A stretch of DNA of 64,000 bases from Eledone cirrhosa (lineage: Eukaryota), in assembly GCA_964016885.1 (NCBI GenBank), contig OZ024746.1, forward strand, positions 57,722,001 through 57,786,000, read 5' to 3'. The position numbers and the translations under genes are program-made. Below, in pieces: positions 1 through 14,469 of the stretch; the stretch's first letter is position 1, and each line of letters opens with the position of its first letter. Under the pieces are notes generated by a model. The model was given only the letters and a program-made list of their open reading frames with translations, had not been told where the DNA came from and did not search any database.

Positions 1-429
1 TGAAATTATATGGTGGCTGATAGTCGAAATATCAATACATGAACCGTTCTGAAACAGGAGATTGGCGGCCCATTGTGCGAGAAGAGGGCGGGGCAGAGAG
101 GTTTTGTGTCAAGCATCAGAGGGGATGGAGGTGACACACGATAAGAGTTACGTCGTTGACTAATCAAAACTCCCTGTCCCTATATATATATATATATATA
201 TATATATTTCGTTTCTGAATTTGTTTAGCAAGATTCTTTATCTGAAATTGTGTGTTGAAACCGATATTGTTATACTTTGGGAGGGTCATGTTGCCAATAA
301 GAAACACACGCACCAGTAGCTTTCACTTCAAATTATTATATATTTATAAATTTATAAAGTTACAAATCTACAAATTTATAAATTTCTGGTTGGTTGGTTG
401 GTTCCACAACCAGATAGTTGTTTATATAT

Positions 430-474
430 AGTCATAGTCATTTCGTCACACACTCTGTGACCTCTTCAGTGACT
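430..474 (-). ncRNA. Minimal type I hammerhead ribozyme in the PLE pseudo-LTR
   Basis: Reverse complement reads AGUCA CUGAAGA G GUCAC-AGAGUGU-GUGAC GAAA UGAC UA/UGACU; stems I and II pair. Confidence 0.75.
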
Positions 475-688
475 GGGGATTCCTTTCTTTGTTTCTGTGC
501 CTTTCCTTTCTTGTCCTACGCCATTTTGTTTCTGTGTGTGTGTTGTGTGCTCAGTTTGCGCATGCGCCACATCCGGGTGTCTGTGTGTGTTTGTGTTCAT
601 TTATCTATTTGTTTATTTATTTATTTATTTATTTACATGTTATTGGTTGGTTGTTTGTTCTATGTGTGTGTGTGTTTTCATTTTGTCC

Positions 689-2440
689 TTAATTGTAAGT
701 TGTGATGTTGCTGTTCCACTCATATTTTCTATTTAATTTTGGTTGTAATTCTTTTATGTTTATTGCCTCTGTAATTTGTCTAGACTTTGCATCTTTTCTG
801 TGTGTAGATTCTATTTTTATTTCTATGTTCTCTAATTTACCCTTGTGTTCTTTCTTAGCATGTTGGGAGAGTACAGATGATTCTTTATTATCTTGAAGGT
901 CTCGCCAGTGTTCATTTATCCGTTCCCCTATACTACGAGCTGTTTCACCTATGTACACTATATTTTTGTTTCTACATTGTCCTTCAGTACATCTTATGCT
1001 ATACACTACATTTCTAGTTTTACAGTTAATACGGGGGCTTATTTTACAGGTTATACATTTCTTATCTATACATGAGTGTCTTTGAAACGGGTATGTCTTG
1101 CTAATAAGTGTTTTTACGGAGGTACCTGGTGTTTCTACTATCTTAATATTGAGTTTATGTTTATTTAGGGCCCTTCTAAATTTGTAGGCTAGTTCGCCTT
1201 TAGGGGTTGTATCGATGAACATTACAGTCTGGTCTTTATTGCTAGAATACCATGAGTTTATTCTATTGGCCTTGTTCCTAGTTCTTTCTATTCTATTCCA
1301 AAATTTGCTCCTATACAAGGGGCAGGTCCCATTTATGTCATTATTTACCATTTTTTCCCATTTGGTTCTGGCTCTTCTATACACTCTGATTCTATCTCTC
1401 TGATTGTAGCCAGAGAACTGCATACGGTGGATGAAGTGTTCTATGTGTCTCTCTAGTTCTTCGGGGTTGCACATGCGGGACACATTTCTCATCACCCGTA
1501 CCAAATCCGCAATCAGTATGTTGATTTTGGTATGGTCCGAAATGGCCGAGTTTCGGTGGATCAGATGTTTGGAAGTCATGGGTTTGGCATAATGAAAATG
1601 GAGGATTTGTTTTTGGTTGTTAATGGTATCTAACCAGAGCTCTGTGTCTAGTACAGGTAATCGATGGTTGGGGTGTCTACTTGGGTAGTCTATAGTAACT
1701 CTAATGCTCTGGTGGATGGAGTTTGCTATTTGCTGGATGCTTTCCATTGTGTTTTTCTCTAGTTCCTGACTGTTCTCTAGAGGGGGTGTCATAGCTACGA
1801 TGTTTATATCATCTACGTAGCGGGAGTACATTATCAGGGTTAAGCTGTCTTCTAATTGTTCTTTAAGTTTAAGTTTAAGTCTACTGTCCCACCATACCAT
1901 GAATAAGTTAGCTATGTCGCCTGCAATGCTAACACCAATGGCTGCTCCTTCCTCTTGGGCATATGTTTTTCCATTAAATTTGAACATATGTTCCTTAAGG
2001 GTAAATTTTATGCTGGCCCCTACCGCATGTGCAATCATTTTCTTCAGTTCATCGTGGTTTTCGGGTGTCCGTATGGCTCTGGTCCACCCGTTCCATCTAT
2101 CTGTGTGGGTGTTCTTGGCCATTGAGGTAATGGTAGGTGGTCTGCCTCTTTCTGGTCTTGTAGGGCACAGGTTGCTAAGGTCATATGTGTCTAGGTAACT
2201 ATTACTATGGGTAAGCTTAAGTAGAAGTCCCAGCTCACTGGTATCAATCCCACGGAACTCAACCTTGCTCTCGCTGATCATTTCTACGCATTTCTCCACA
2301 GCAAAATCCACGTCAATAGATGGATACAGGGACACAACATCCATACTGCCTATTATGCAGTTTGTTAGGTCCCCAGATCGGTTACTCACGCCGATTCCGC
2401 TGAGGAGGTCCTCCGTGCTGTCACATACATCTGGGGACAT
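689..2440 (-). CDS. PLE reverse transcriptase + GIY-YIG endonuclease (C-terminal 583 aa of a disrupted ORF)
   Basis: RT motifs GSMDVVSLYPSI, QEEGAAIG, YSRYVDD and LPVLD; Cys linker CIDKKCITC..NCK; GIY-YIG NVVYSIRC...YIGETARSIGERINEH...EAINIKELQPKLN. Confidence 0.92.
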   Translation of the reverse strand: MSPDVCDSTEDLLSGIGVSNRSGDLTNCIIGSMDVVSLYPSIDVDFAVEKCVEMISESKVEFRGIDTSELGLLLKLTHSNSYLDTYDLSNLCPTRPERGRPPTITSMAKNTHTDRWNGWTRAIRTPENHDELKKMIAHAVGASIKFTLKEHMFKFNGKTYAQEEGAAIGVSIAGDIANLFMVWWDSRLKLKLKEQLEDSLTLIMYSRYVDDINIVAMTPPLENSQELEKNTMESIQQIANSIHQSIRVTIDYPSRHPNHRLPVLDTELWLDTINNQKQILHFHYAKPMTSKHLIHRNSAISDHTKINILIADLVRVMRNVSRMCNPEELERHIEHFIHRMQFSGYNQRDRIRVYRRARTKWEKMVNNDINGTCPLYRSKFWNRIERTRNKANRINSWYSSNKDQTVMFIDTTPKGELAYKFRRALNKHKLNIKIVETPGTSVKTLISKTYPFQRHSCIDKKCITCKISPRINCKTRNVVYSIRCTEGQCRNKNIVYIGETARSIGERINEHWRDLQDNKESSVLSQHAKKEHKGKLENIEIKIESTHRKDAKSRQITEAINIKELQPKLNRKYEWNSNITTYN

Positions 2441-3315
2441 CTCAATGATGGGGCGTATGATCAGGGAGAGGAAGTAGGACAGTCTGTAGTTACTAGCAAT
2501 GTTAGCTCCACAGACTGGCTGTGTTGGTGGCCCGCGACAGGGTCACAGCCCGTTTTATGGTCTTTTCGAAGCCCAAGCCCATACAACGCCGGCACGTCAT
2601 TGTTCCAGGCCTGGAAATTGTTGGCAGTCCTTTTGTTGGGCTACATTATATTCGTCCACATCACCATATGGGCATTGAGGGCTTTTTCTCTATCCTCATG
2701 CTCCTGTGGTGTTACCTCTCTTGTGTTAGTGATGTGGGGTGGCATTGCCTTGATGTAGTTTGGCAGGCTGTCAACCGACATTCTGCCAGACTTGTCTGTT
2801 GGAAAGCATGCTATGTCTCCATTACGTGAGCGCTGCATGAGCTTACGCAAGCCATTTGCAGATTTTTCTCCCAGTTGCTGGGCCTCTATTCTATTATGCT
2901 TCTTGCTATACTGTTCTATAATATTTCTAGGTTCGGATCTAGCTATACTAAATTGTGCTTCTGTTTGTTCATCGACCTGCGACGGCAACTGCGTGCGTTT
3001 GTTAAATGGTAAAGTCGTGGCGTGGACTCGTCGCAGGTCGAATGATTTATCGGAGGGATTATAAAACGGAGAGTTCCAGGCTGCTGCTTTATGTGTACTA
3101 GTGCTATTGTTATTGTTAGTTGTGTTGTTTCTATTTCTATTTCCAACAACAGCCTCATGGTTGTTTCTATGTCTCTCATAATTACTCCTGTCTCTTTCCA
3201 CTGGCTCAATGTTGTTATCTACCCTATTTTGTATGTCTGTGTGTTCGTCTTGGTTATTCTCTTTGTCCTTAGTCTCCCTTCTCCTTTTAATCCTATTACT
3301 TTCCCTTATTTCTGT
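2441..3315 (-). pseudogene. Disrupted N-terminal part of the same PLE ORF
   Basis: PTDKSGRMSV motif; after a stop at 2641 the reverse strand reads VPALYGL..RKDHK..., then PVCGANIASNYRLSYFLS, which runs into the 689-2440 frame. Confidence 0.8.
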
Positions 3316-3451
3316 CATTTTTTTCAACTTATCGTTTTCGGTATGCCTGAGCGATTTAACTCACTCAATATGCAAATTAGGCTGCTCAGCCGTTAATTTT
3401 CAAAAGGAAAGTATATACATTCGAACGTTCAACTATCTGGCAGATGGGTAT

Positions 3452-3494
3452 ACGGTGCTGATGATAGCTAACAAGCTTGAAACTAGTACATCGT
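3452..3494 (+). ncRNA. Type I HHR (family A)
   Basis: ACGGUG CUGAUGA U AGCU-AACA-AGCU U GAAA CUAG UA/CAUCGU; stem III region ACUAGU is palindromic. Confidence 0.88.
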
Positions 3495-3641
3495 TCCTGT
3501 GACAGTGTTGAACAAAAAGGTGACGTGGTTGCCTTAACACCGTATGGCATAAATTTAGGCTGTTAAGTTTGTTTACAAACGAACAAACCGGTGTTATAAT
3601 AAGCGTCCGCTAAACTGATGCGTGCATATATGTATGTGTAC

Positions 3642-3676
<35 letters not shown>

Positions 3677-3911
3677 TGCTACTGTACGCCTGTATACCTA
3701 TATGTATGTACGTATACATACATACTTACATTTAAGTAAGTGCCATACTGAGAGTGAGAAATGAAATTTCGTTTTCATTTTTTTCAACTTATCGTTTTCG
3801 GTATGCCTGACCGATTTAACTCACTCAATATGCAAATTAGGCTGCTCAGCCGATAATTTTCATAGGCAAAGTATATACTTTCGAACGTTCAACTATCTGG
3901 CAGATGGGTAT

Positions 3912-3954
3912 ACGGTGCTGATGATAGCTAACAAACTTGAAACTAGTACATCGT
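3912..3954 (+). ncRNA. Type I HHR (family A)
   Basis: Same as 3452 with one stem II mismatch. Confidence 0.8.
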
Positions 3955-4107
3955 TCCTGTGTCAGTGTTGAACAAAAAGGTGACGTGGTTGCCTTAACAC
4001 CGTATGGCATAAATCAGACTGTTCAGTTTGTTTACAAACGAACAAAGCGGCGTTATAATAAGCGTCCGCTAAACTGATGCGTGCATATATGTATGTGTAC
4101 CTGTATG

Positions 4108-4200
<93 letters not shown>

Positions 4201-5247
4201 ATATATATATATGCATGCTACTGTAGTCTGTATACATACATGTATGTACGTATACATACATACTTACATTTAAGTAAGTGCCATACTAAGAGTGAGAAAT
4301 GAAATTTCGTTTTCATTTTTTTCAACTTATATATATATATATAGTTGTTATATAGTAAGGTGTATTATTGGTTGTGTCAATAACGTTTTTGTTAGCAATA
4401 TTAAGGTATTTTGTATATCTCCAAATCCATAAGTTCAGTTCAATGTTCTGCTATACGTGTATAGATTGAATTATAACACGTATAGCAGAACGTTTAACTG
4501 AACTTACTTAAGTGTGTATAGGGTTGCAGTTGACCCAATTGTTCCAATTTACATCGTTAAATTGAGATTTGACAAATATAACATTTGTTGTTTTGTAAAC
4601 TAACTTTCGGTGAATACTATGTTGGTATATTTGTATTTTTTCTTCGTGTCGGTGTGTGTGAGTGTGTTTGTACTCATTCACACTAAGTGTGACCGTCTAT
4701 AGTTCTACAGATTTGATGCTGTGTTGGTATATGTATATATATTTTTTTTCTTTGACCTCGCGTCAAGTCTGTGTGAGTGTGTGTGTACCCGCTCACATTA
4801 ACTGTGACCGGCTGTAATTCTAGAGATTTGATTGATGTCCAGCGTCTTTTACAGCTATTGGGAGATAGAGACGTGATAGTTTTATGACCCTAACTGAGGA
4901 CAATAGCAGTCGCTGTGTTTTGACTGCTTGATCTTCATATGAGGGACTAAACTCTGTGAGTGAACACCGTTAATTTTCTCCCTCATATCAAGGATTTGAA
5001 GACAATTCATTTTCACCTAACGAGCTCAGTGATAATCGACCATGGCTACACGATCGATCTATCTCTTATTGAAACATGTGTCGTGATTAAAATGATTGGA
5101 AATTTATACAATGCCTTCGGATCTTTATTTTGATATATATATAAATATATATATATTGTGTATATTATATAACACAACTTATTCCCCGGATTAATCATTC
5201 TACCTATTTAGATATTCATTGCGTCATTCATCTACACTATATATATG

Positions 5248-5503
5248 CAGGGGCCTCGCAAATGTCACCTGAAAAGTACCACAGAGGAGACTGAGGTTAA
5301 CTGGTCATGCTCACCGTCATTCAGAGTGGACACTTTCATCAGTGCTCCACCGGGAGCACTTACACGCACACACTAGAAGAGGGAGACCGAGGTTGACATA
5401 TATTGATGCCCACAGGAACAGACACAGGGCATGGCAGCGATAATGAATGACAGAGACCGCTTGAGGGAACTCGTACATGCATTTCGGGAATTATTGCCCG
5501 CCC
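5248..5503 (+). mobile_element. 3' fragment of an RTE-clade LINE
   Basis: Translates as RRRLRLTGHAHRHSE...RRGRPRLTYID...MNDRD, resembling the RTE ORF C-terminus; flanked by (TA)n. Confidence 0.6.
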
Positions 5504-5524
5504 TATATATATATATATATATAT

Positions 5525-6300
5525 AATGAAAAATTGAACAGGGACAGAACAGAGAGGCAGTACAATAAATGTTTATTAAATTCACGCTCAGGAGAGTGGG
5601 GGGTAGGTGGGGGACGACGTTTCGGGCATAAGCCCTTCCTCGGGTGAGAAGTGTGTGGGAACAGAGTTCAAAAGGTGTGTAGGCGAGTGGTGGAGAGACA
5701 TATAGCGAAAGGAAACGGTGCGAATGAAAAATTAACAAATAAAGACAAAAAATATAAAAAATAAAAATAAAGCATGATCAAAATACAAGGAATGAGAAAA
5801 TTTAAAAATAAAGGCATGATCAAAATAAACTGAAATTAAAAGGGGGGTAAACAGGTGGTGGAAGGGTGTGGGGTGAGTAGGGGTGGTGGCGGGTGGAGTG
5901 GAGAGAGGGAGACGGGGTGTCCGAGCGGGGAGGGCTGAAGGTGGTGTGTGTGTGTAGGTGTGCGTGTGTGTGTGTGTGTGTATGTGAAAGTGAGGGTTGG
6001 GGGAAGAACGGGGTTGCATGTTCAGGAAGAGGTGGGTGTGGGGGGTGTTTTTGTGGGTCGGAGTGTCTGTGCTTGTGTGGATAGGGGGTGGGGGGAGAGG
6101 AATCAGGAGGCTGAGGGTGTAAATATGTGGTGGGAAGCACGTGTGTGTGGGGTTTAAGCGTGTTGTGGGTGTGGGTGGCGTGTGGAGAAAAAATGTTTTT
6201 GGGGTGTGTGTGTGGGTGAGTTATATAGGTGATTACGTAAGAGGATGGTTGAAAAGTTGGTAAGTTCCAAGGTGTTTGGAGATTTGGTTATAAGTCAATT
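5525..6300 (-). repeat. PLE-type 3' UTR/pseudo-LTR; inverted copy of 16626-17376 with a degenerate HHR at 5616-5643
   Basis: Near-identical reverse complement of 16626-17376. The same terminus also occurs at ~44312-44390 and ~63570-63650. Confidence 0.75.
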
Positions 6301-7064
6301 CTGCGTGTGGGTAATCCATGAAGCGGTGGTCGGAAGAGGAGAGACGTGGGGTGCGCGCGCAACAGGAAGTGGTCAGCAGTGGGAGTGCTGTGGTCTGTTG
6401 GTGCTGGGAGGTGGTCAGAAGGGCATAGCAGCAGTCGGTGGAATGGTAGGGAGGCGAGGATGGGTAGGTGTGAGAGTTGGAGTGGGGAGGGTGTGTGTGT
6501 GTGTATTAGTAGGGGTGTTAGTGGGATGAGTGAGTGTGGAGCGAGCGGGTGTGGGTGGAGCGGGGAGAGAATGGTGTGTGTGGTTCTATGGAGGGAGTGT
6601 GGTGTACTGGTGTGAGTGTAGTTTGGTGAAGAGGTGTTAGTGGGTGTTAGTATACGGGAGGTGGGGAGGGGTGGAATGCAGGTGTGAGTGGGGGTTAGTG
6701 GTGGTAGGGTGTGTAGAGTTGGTGGTGTACGAGGGTGTGTGGGTACGTGTGCGTGGGGTTGGGGGGTGTTAGTGATGTTAGTTGCATGTGGGATGGGTGG
6801 TGTAAGTGGGTGCGTGTGTGCGTGTGATAAGGAGGGGGGAGGAGGAGAAGAGAGGAGGGAAGGGATGTTAGTATGTTAGTTGGGGAAGGGTAGTCAGATG
6901 AGGGGTGGAGTGGAGGTGTTAGTATTGTTAGTGTGGTGTGGGCGGTGAAAAGGAGGGGTGTGTTAGTGGTGTTAGTGGGGGATAAGTGTGGGGGGAGGGG
7001 GGCGGTCGAACGCTAAATAAATAAGGGTGGGGAGTTCAGGCTGGGGGGAGTGTGGGTCTGTAAG

Positions 7065-7122
<58 letters not shown>

Positions 7123-7162
7123 ATGTAAATCTATAAATATATGTAAATATATCAACCAGTGT

Positions 7163-7343
7163 GAAACAGACTGTCAGAGTCTCTCCCTTCTTTCATCGAA
7201 AAGAAGTAAGTGACGTAGACACTACTTTATAACTGAAAGCGTATGGTCTTCTAAATGTTTTAATTAAACATGCGGTATATTGGCAAATATAGTATACATA
7301 CATTCATGTATACATCGCTATTTCAGGACACCAATCCTAATAC
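7163..7343 (+). repeat. Partial copy of HHR family B
   Basis: Starts at gaaacagactgtc; shares aagtaagtga, ggtcttc..atgtttt and the atcgctatttcag..caccaat.ctaa end with 31268-31640. Confidence 0.6.
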
Positions 7344-7377
7344 CCCCCCCCAACACACCCATACACAGACACACACA

Positions 7378-10033
<2,656 letters not shown>

Positions 10034-11785
10034 CACAGAGATGAAGAACCTAATCTTAGTATCAGGCTGAGGAATAAGTGGTATATATTTATATGCATAA
10101 TAGATAATAGTTTAGACGAGTTAATATCACAACCATATATATATATATATATATTCACTGTTTAATATTCTGTTTACTAATATATATTTATATATATTCA
10201 TATACTGAGAATTACCCACTATTTTATATTCTGATTGACTTATATGTTTATTTATTTATTCATTTTTTGTAAATGATTGCGATCGATGAGTGAATCACAA
10301 ATTTTATTTATGAATCGAGTGAATCCACAGTTAAATTATATCTTCGTCACCCACCTACCACCCACGTAATATTCATTAATTCAAATATTTCCTTATGTTA
10401 ACGTCTAAGAAATAAATGTTATCTCCAGTCACCAAGGAGCCACATTTACGTCTTATAAATGAAAGTTACAGAAAGGTACACCCATCTATTTAAATGCAGT
10501 AAGTCATGGACTATTTACAAATACAAAGATAAATAGTATCTCTTCTTCAACAAAACATTGTATATATACGTACGTGAATAGTAACGAAGATGCCAAGTTG
10601 AAATCCCTCTTACTCCATTCTGGCTCTATCCGACTGACTAAAATTAATCTACCTATACAGCAATGACATATCTCTAGGCTTCATAAAGCTTCAATTATTA
10701 CAGAAGACCTCATGTGTTATAATATCCATTAGATCACCAATATTTGTTAGCAGAAAACCGAAAGCGAGGAAAAGGAAAGAAAAGGAACTTCACTTTGAAA
10801 GTGCAAATGTTGTAGAAAGAAACACTGTAAGTGAGAATGTTATGGCAAGTAAGTTAAGGTTATCTTAAGGAATAAAGTACAGCTTAAGACAAATGATTAA
10901 TGCAATATAAATGCGATTAAAGCTATTCAAGCATAAAAAGACGAAGCTAGGAAATAAGCGAATGAGTCCGGATGACAGTAAATTAAAGTGAAACTCGAGA
11001 GAATCTTTAGATTTCAGATAGTTGGAATCAATGCAAATACTTATTCATATATTATCAGATGTTCCTATAGTATTCCCGTAAGAACCAACTGTCAGTTATG
11101 AGATTTATAGATTTCCCTCTCTCATATCGCTGCTATATGTTGAACGAGGTTTGTCTACCACAAACACAATATATTACACATCTCCACAAACACAACATAC
11201 ATCATCACATACAATACATATGCCACATATCATCACACATACACTATAAACAACCTACCGCCACTCATGACACCTCTTCTATCTCACCACCCACATCACA
11301 CGAATATTATTTACATTATCTCATCACAAAAACAGTATGTCACAGTACACACATACAGCATCGGACATCTCACTACACACATCACCCCGCACGAACTGAT
11401 CAGAGAAAGTCTTCGACTACAGACAGTATATGTCACATTCTCTCCCATACACACTACCACACATAACATAAGAAGAGTTTGACTACACTCACATTATATC
11501 AAATACGTCAGCACACATGATCACTAAGAGAAGTCACTCCCCCATCTCATGATAAATAATGTAATGATGGAAACACGAAATTTCAATATTAATGATACTG
11601 AAATTGACATTGCAACAAAAGATTTCTTAGTTGTATTATTAAATATTTAAATTAACTTGATTAAAGGGAGGGAAATCTACCAACAAGTAAGTCAAAATAT
11701 ATGAAAAATGTGTAAAAGGTTAGAATATAGAATATATATATATATATATATATGTGTATATATATACATACGTAAATATATATAT

Positions 11786-11834
<49 letters not shown>

Positions 11835-11891
11835 CATAAATAAATATATAAATAAATAAATATATATATGTATATATATATACATACGTAA

Positions 11892-11922
<31 letters not shown>

Positions 11923-12023
11923 CATATATATAAACATAAATATATATAGATGTATATATATACCTATATATATATATTTATATATTTATATATATGTATA
12001 TATATATACATATGTATATAAAC

Positions 12024-12130
<107 letters not shown>

Positions 12131-12154
12131 TATACATATATACATACTTAAATA

Positions 12155-12193
<39 letters not shown>

Positions 12194-12496
12194 TGAGTAT
12201 AATGGCAAGGCGTAAGATCAAGCTTATGTAAAAATAGATTGACAGACTAAATAAATTCAGTGTAACATTTGCTACTTCCTGTTTCTAGAGAAGAATTAAT
12301 GGCAATCAGTGAGTTAGCTTGGCCTTTTGTCATTAGACTCTTGTTTTATATCACAAAACACAGCTATCCAACTAAATTAATCTGTCAAACACAACGCTCA
12401 AGTTTATTTAAGTCAAGAAAACTTCAGCGAAAATTTATCGGTACAAACACTCACACACACACACACCTATATATATATATATATTTTTATATAGAT

Positions 12497-12559
<63 letters not shown>

Positions 12560-12734
12560 ACACACACATACTGAGTATCCCCCAGATCTGTACACACACT
12601 TTCTTATAAATAGTGCCAGTGTAGGTAATCAAAATATATATACATGTTTCTTGTATATATGTATGAACATAGGCAGAATCACGGCAATCTCCAGCCGCAA
12701 GTGGTCATGTATGTTTTTCCACCTTAAGCACACT

Positions 12735-12801
<67 letters not shown>

Positions 12802-13112
12802 AACGGAAAAATATATTAAACGGAATATATAAATATATATATTAAACGGAAATATAATACGAAATTTCATTTCTCACTCTTAGTACGGCTGTTATTTAAA
12901 TATAAATATGTACACGTACATACATATATGTATACAGACGTACAGTAGTATGTATATATATATATATACATACATGCACACATATATATATGTACGTATG
13001 GACTCACCGAACATTTATTATAATGCTCGGTGTGTTTGTAAATTAACATCTCGAATTAAGCCGTACAGTGCTAGCAACCATCGTTGCTCATTTGTTCAAC
13101 ACTGATAAAGGA

Positions 13113-13155
13113 ACGCTGTACTAATTTCAAGCTTATTAGTTATCGTCAGCAACGT
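13113..13155 (-). ncRNA. Type I HHR (family A)
   Basis: ACGUUG CUGACGA ...GAAA UUAG UA/CAGCGU. Confidence 0.75.
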
Positions 13156-13539
13156 ATAACGTCCTGCCAGATGATTGAAAGTCTGAAAATATATCCTTTC
13201 CTTATGCATATTAACCACTGAGCAGCCTAATTTGCATATGGAGTGAGTTAATCGGCCGGGCGCACCGAGAACGATAAACGGAAAAAATTAACGAAATTTC
13301 ATTTCTCACTCTTAGTACGGCTGTTACTTAAATATAAGTATGTACACGTACATAATATATGTATACAGACTTACAATAGTATGTATATATATATACATAC
13401 ATACAGCCATATATATGTGTACGTATGGATTCACCGAACATTTATTATAATGTTCGTTGTGTTTGTAAACAAACATCCCGAGTTAAGCCGTACAGTGCTA
13501 GCAACCATCGTTGTTCATTTATTCAACACTGACAAAGGA

Positions 13540-13582
13540 ACGATGTACTATTTTCAAGCTTATTAGCTATCGTCAGCAACGT
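13540..13582 (-). ncRNA. Type I HHR (family A)
   Basis: ACGUUG CUGACGA U AGCU-AAUA-AGCU U GAAA AUAG UA/CAUCGU. Confidence 0.72.
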
Positions 13583-13972
13583 ATACCTTCCTGCCAGATG
13601 ATTGAACGTCTGAAAGTATATACTTTCCCTATGCATATTAACGGCTGTGCAGCCTAATTTGCTTATCGAGTGAGTTAATGGGACGGGCGCACCGAAAACG
13701 ATAAACGGAAAAAAATGAAACGAAATTTCATTTCTCACTCTTAGTACGGCTGTTACTTAAATATAAGTATGTACACGTACATGCATATATGTATACATAC
13801 GTACAGTAGTATGTATATATATATACATACATGCACACATATATATATATGTACGTATGGATTCACCGAACATTTATTATAATGGTCGGTGTGTTTGTAA
13901 ACAAACACCCCGAATTAAGCCGTACAGTGTCTAGAAACCATCGTTGCTCATTTGTTCAACACTGACAAAGGA

Positions 13973-14015
13973 ATGCTGTACTAGTTTCAAGCTTATTAGC
14001 TATCGTCAGCAACGT
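13973..14015 (-). ncRNA. Type I HHR (family A)
   Basis: ACGUUG CUGACGA U AGCU-AAUA-AGCU U GAAA CUAG UA/CAGCAU. Confidence 0.8.
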
Positions 14016-14259
14016 ATAACGTCCTGCCAGATGATTGAACGTCTGAAAGTATATACTTTCCTTATGCATATTAACGGCTGAGCAGCCTAATTTGCATATC
14101 GAGTGAGTTAATGGGACGGGCGCACCGGAAACGATAAATGGAAAAAAGGAAACGAAATTTCATTTCTCACTCTTAGTACGGCTGTTACTTAAAACACGTA
14201 CATACATATATATATACAGACGTACAGTAGTATGTATATATATATATATATACATACAT

Positions 14260-14325
<66 letters not shown>

Positions 14326-14432
14326 AACACCGTATGGATTCGCCGAACATTTATTATAATGCTCGGTGTGTTTATAAACCAACATCCTGAATTAAGCCGT
14401 AGAGTCTCTAGCAACACTGACAAAGGAACGCT

Positions 14433-14469
<37 letters not shown>

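Larger units (their letters stand above)
207..3315 (-). mobile_element. Penelope-like element (RT + C-terminal GIY-YIG), 5'-truncated, with a 3' UTR/pseudo-LTR ending at (TA)n
   Basis: Coding frames 2641-3327, 2521-2640 and 689-2520 join across a stop/frameshift. The 3' UTR has an HHR (430-474) and ends at the (TA)n run at 181-206. Confidence 0.9.
3316..4330 (+). repeat. Tandem ~460-nt non-coding units, one HHR each (retrozyme-like family A); 2 units plus the start of a third
   Basis: Unit start tcatttttttcaacttat recurs at ~3316, ~3775 and ~4314; HHRs at 3452 and 3912; each unit has an internal (TA)n. Confidence 0.85.
12799..14438 (-). repeat. Tandem array of ~430-nt family A units (3 full, 1 partial)
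   Basis: acgaaatttcatttctcactcttagtacgg recurs at ~12859, 13291, 13720 and 14152; HHRs at 13113, 13540 and 13973. Confidence 0.85.

Noticed and set aside
689-3315. Selenoprotein-encoding or N-terminal-endonuclease (Naiad-type) PLE
   Set aside because: The endonuclease is C-terminal and the interruption is a TAG/frameshift, not in-frame TGA at Cys positions.
12859-14438. Repeat array as CRISPR-like or centromeric satellite
   Set aside because: Whole ~430-nt units repeat with no unique spacers, the context is eukaryotic, and each unit carries an HHR.
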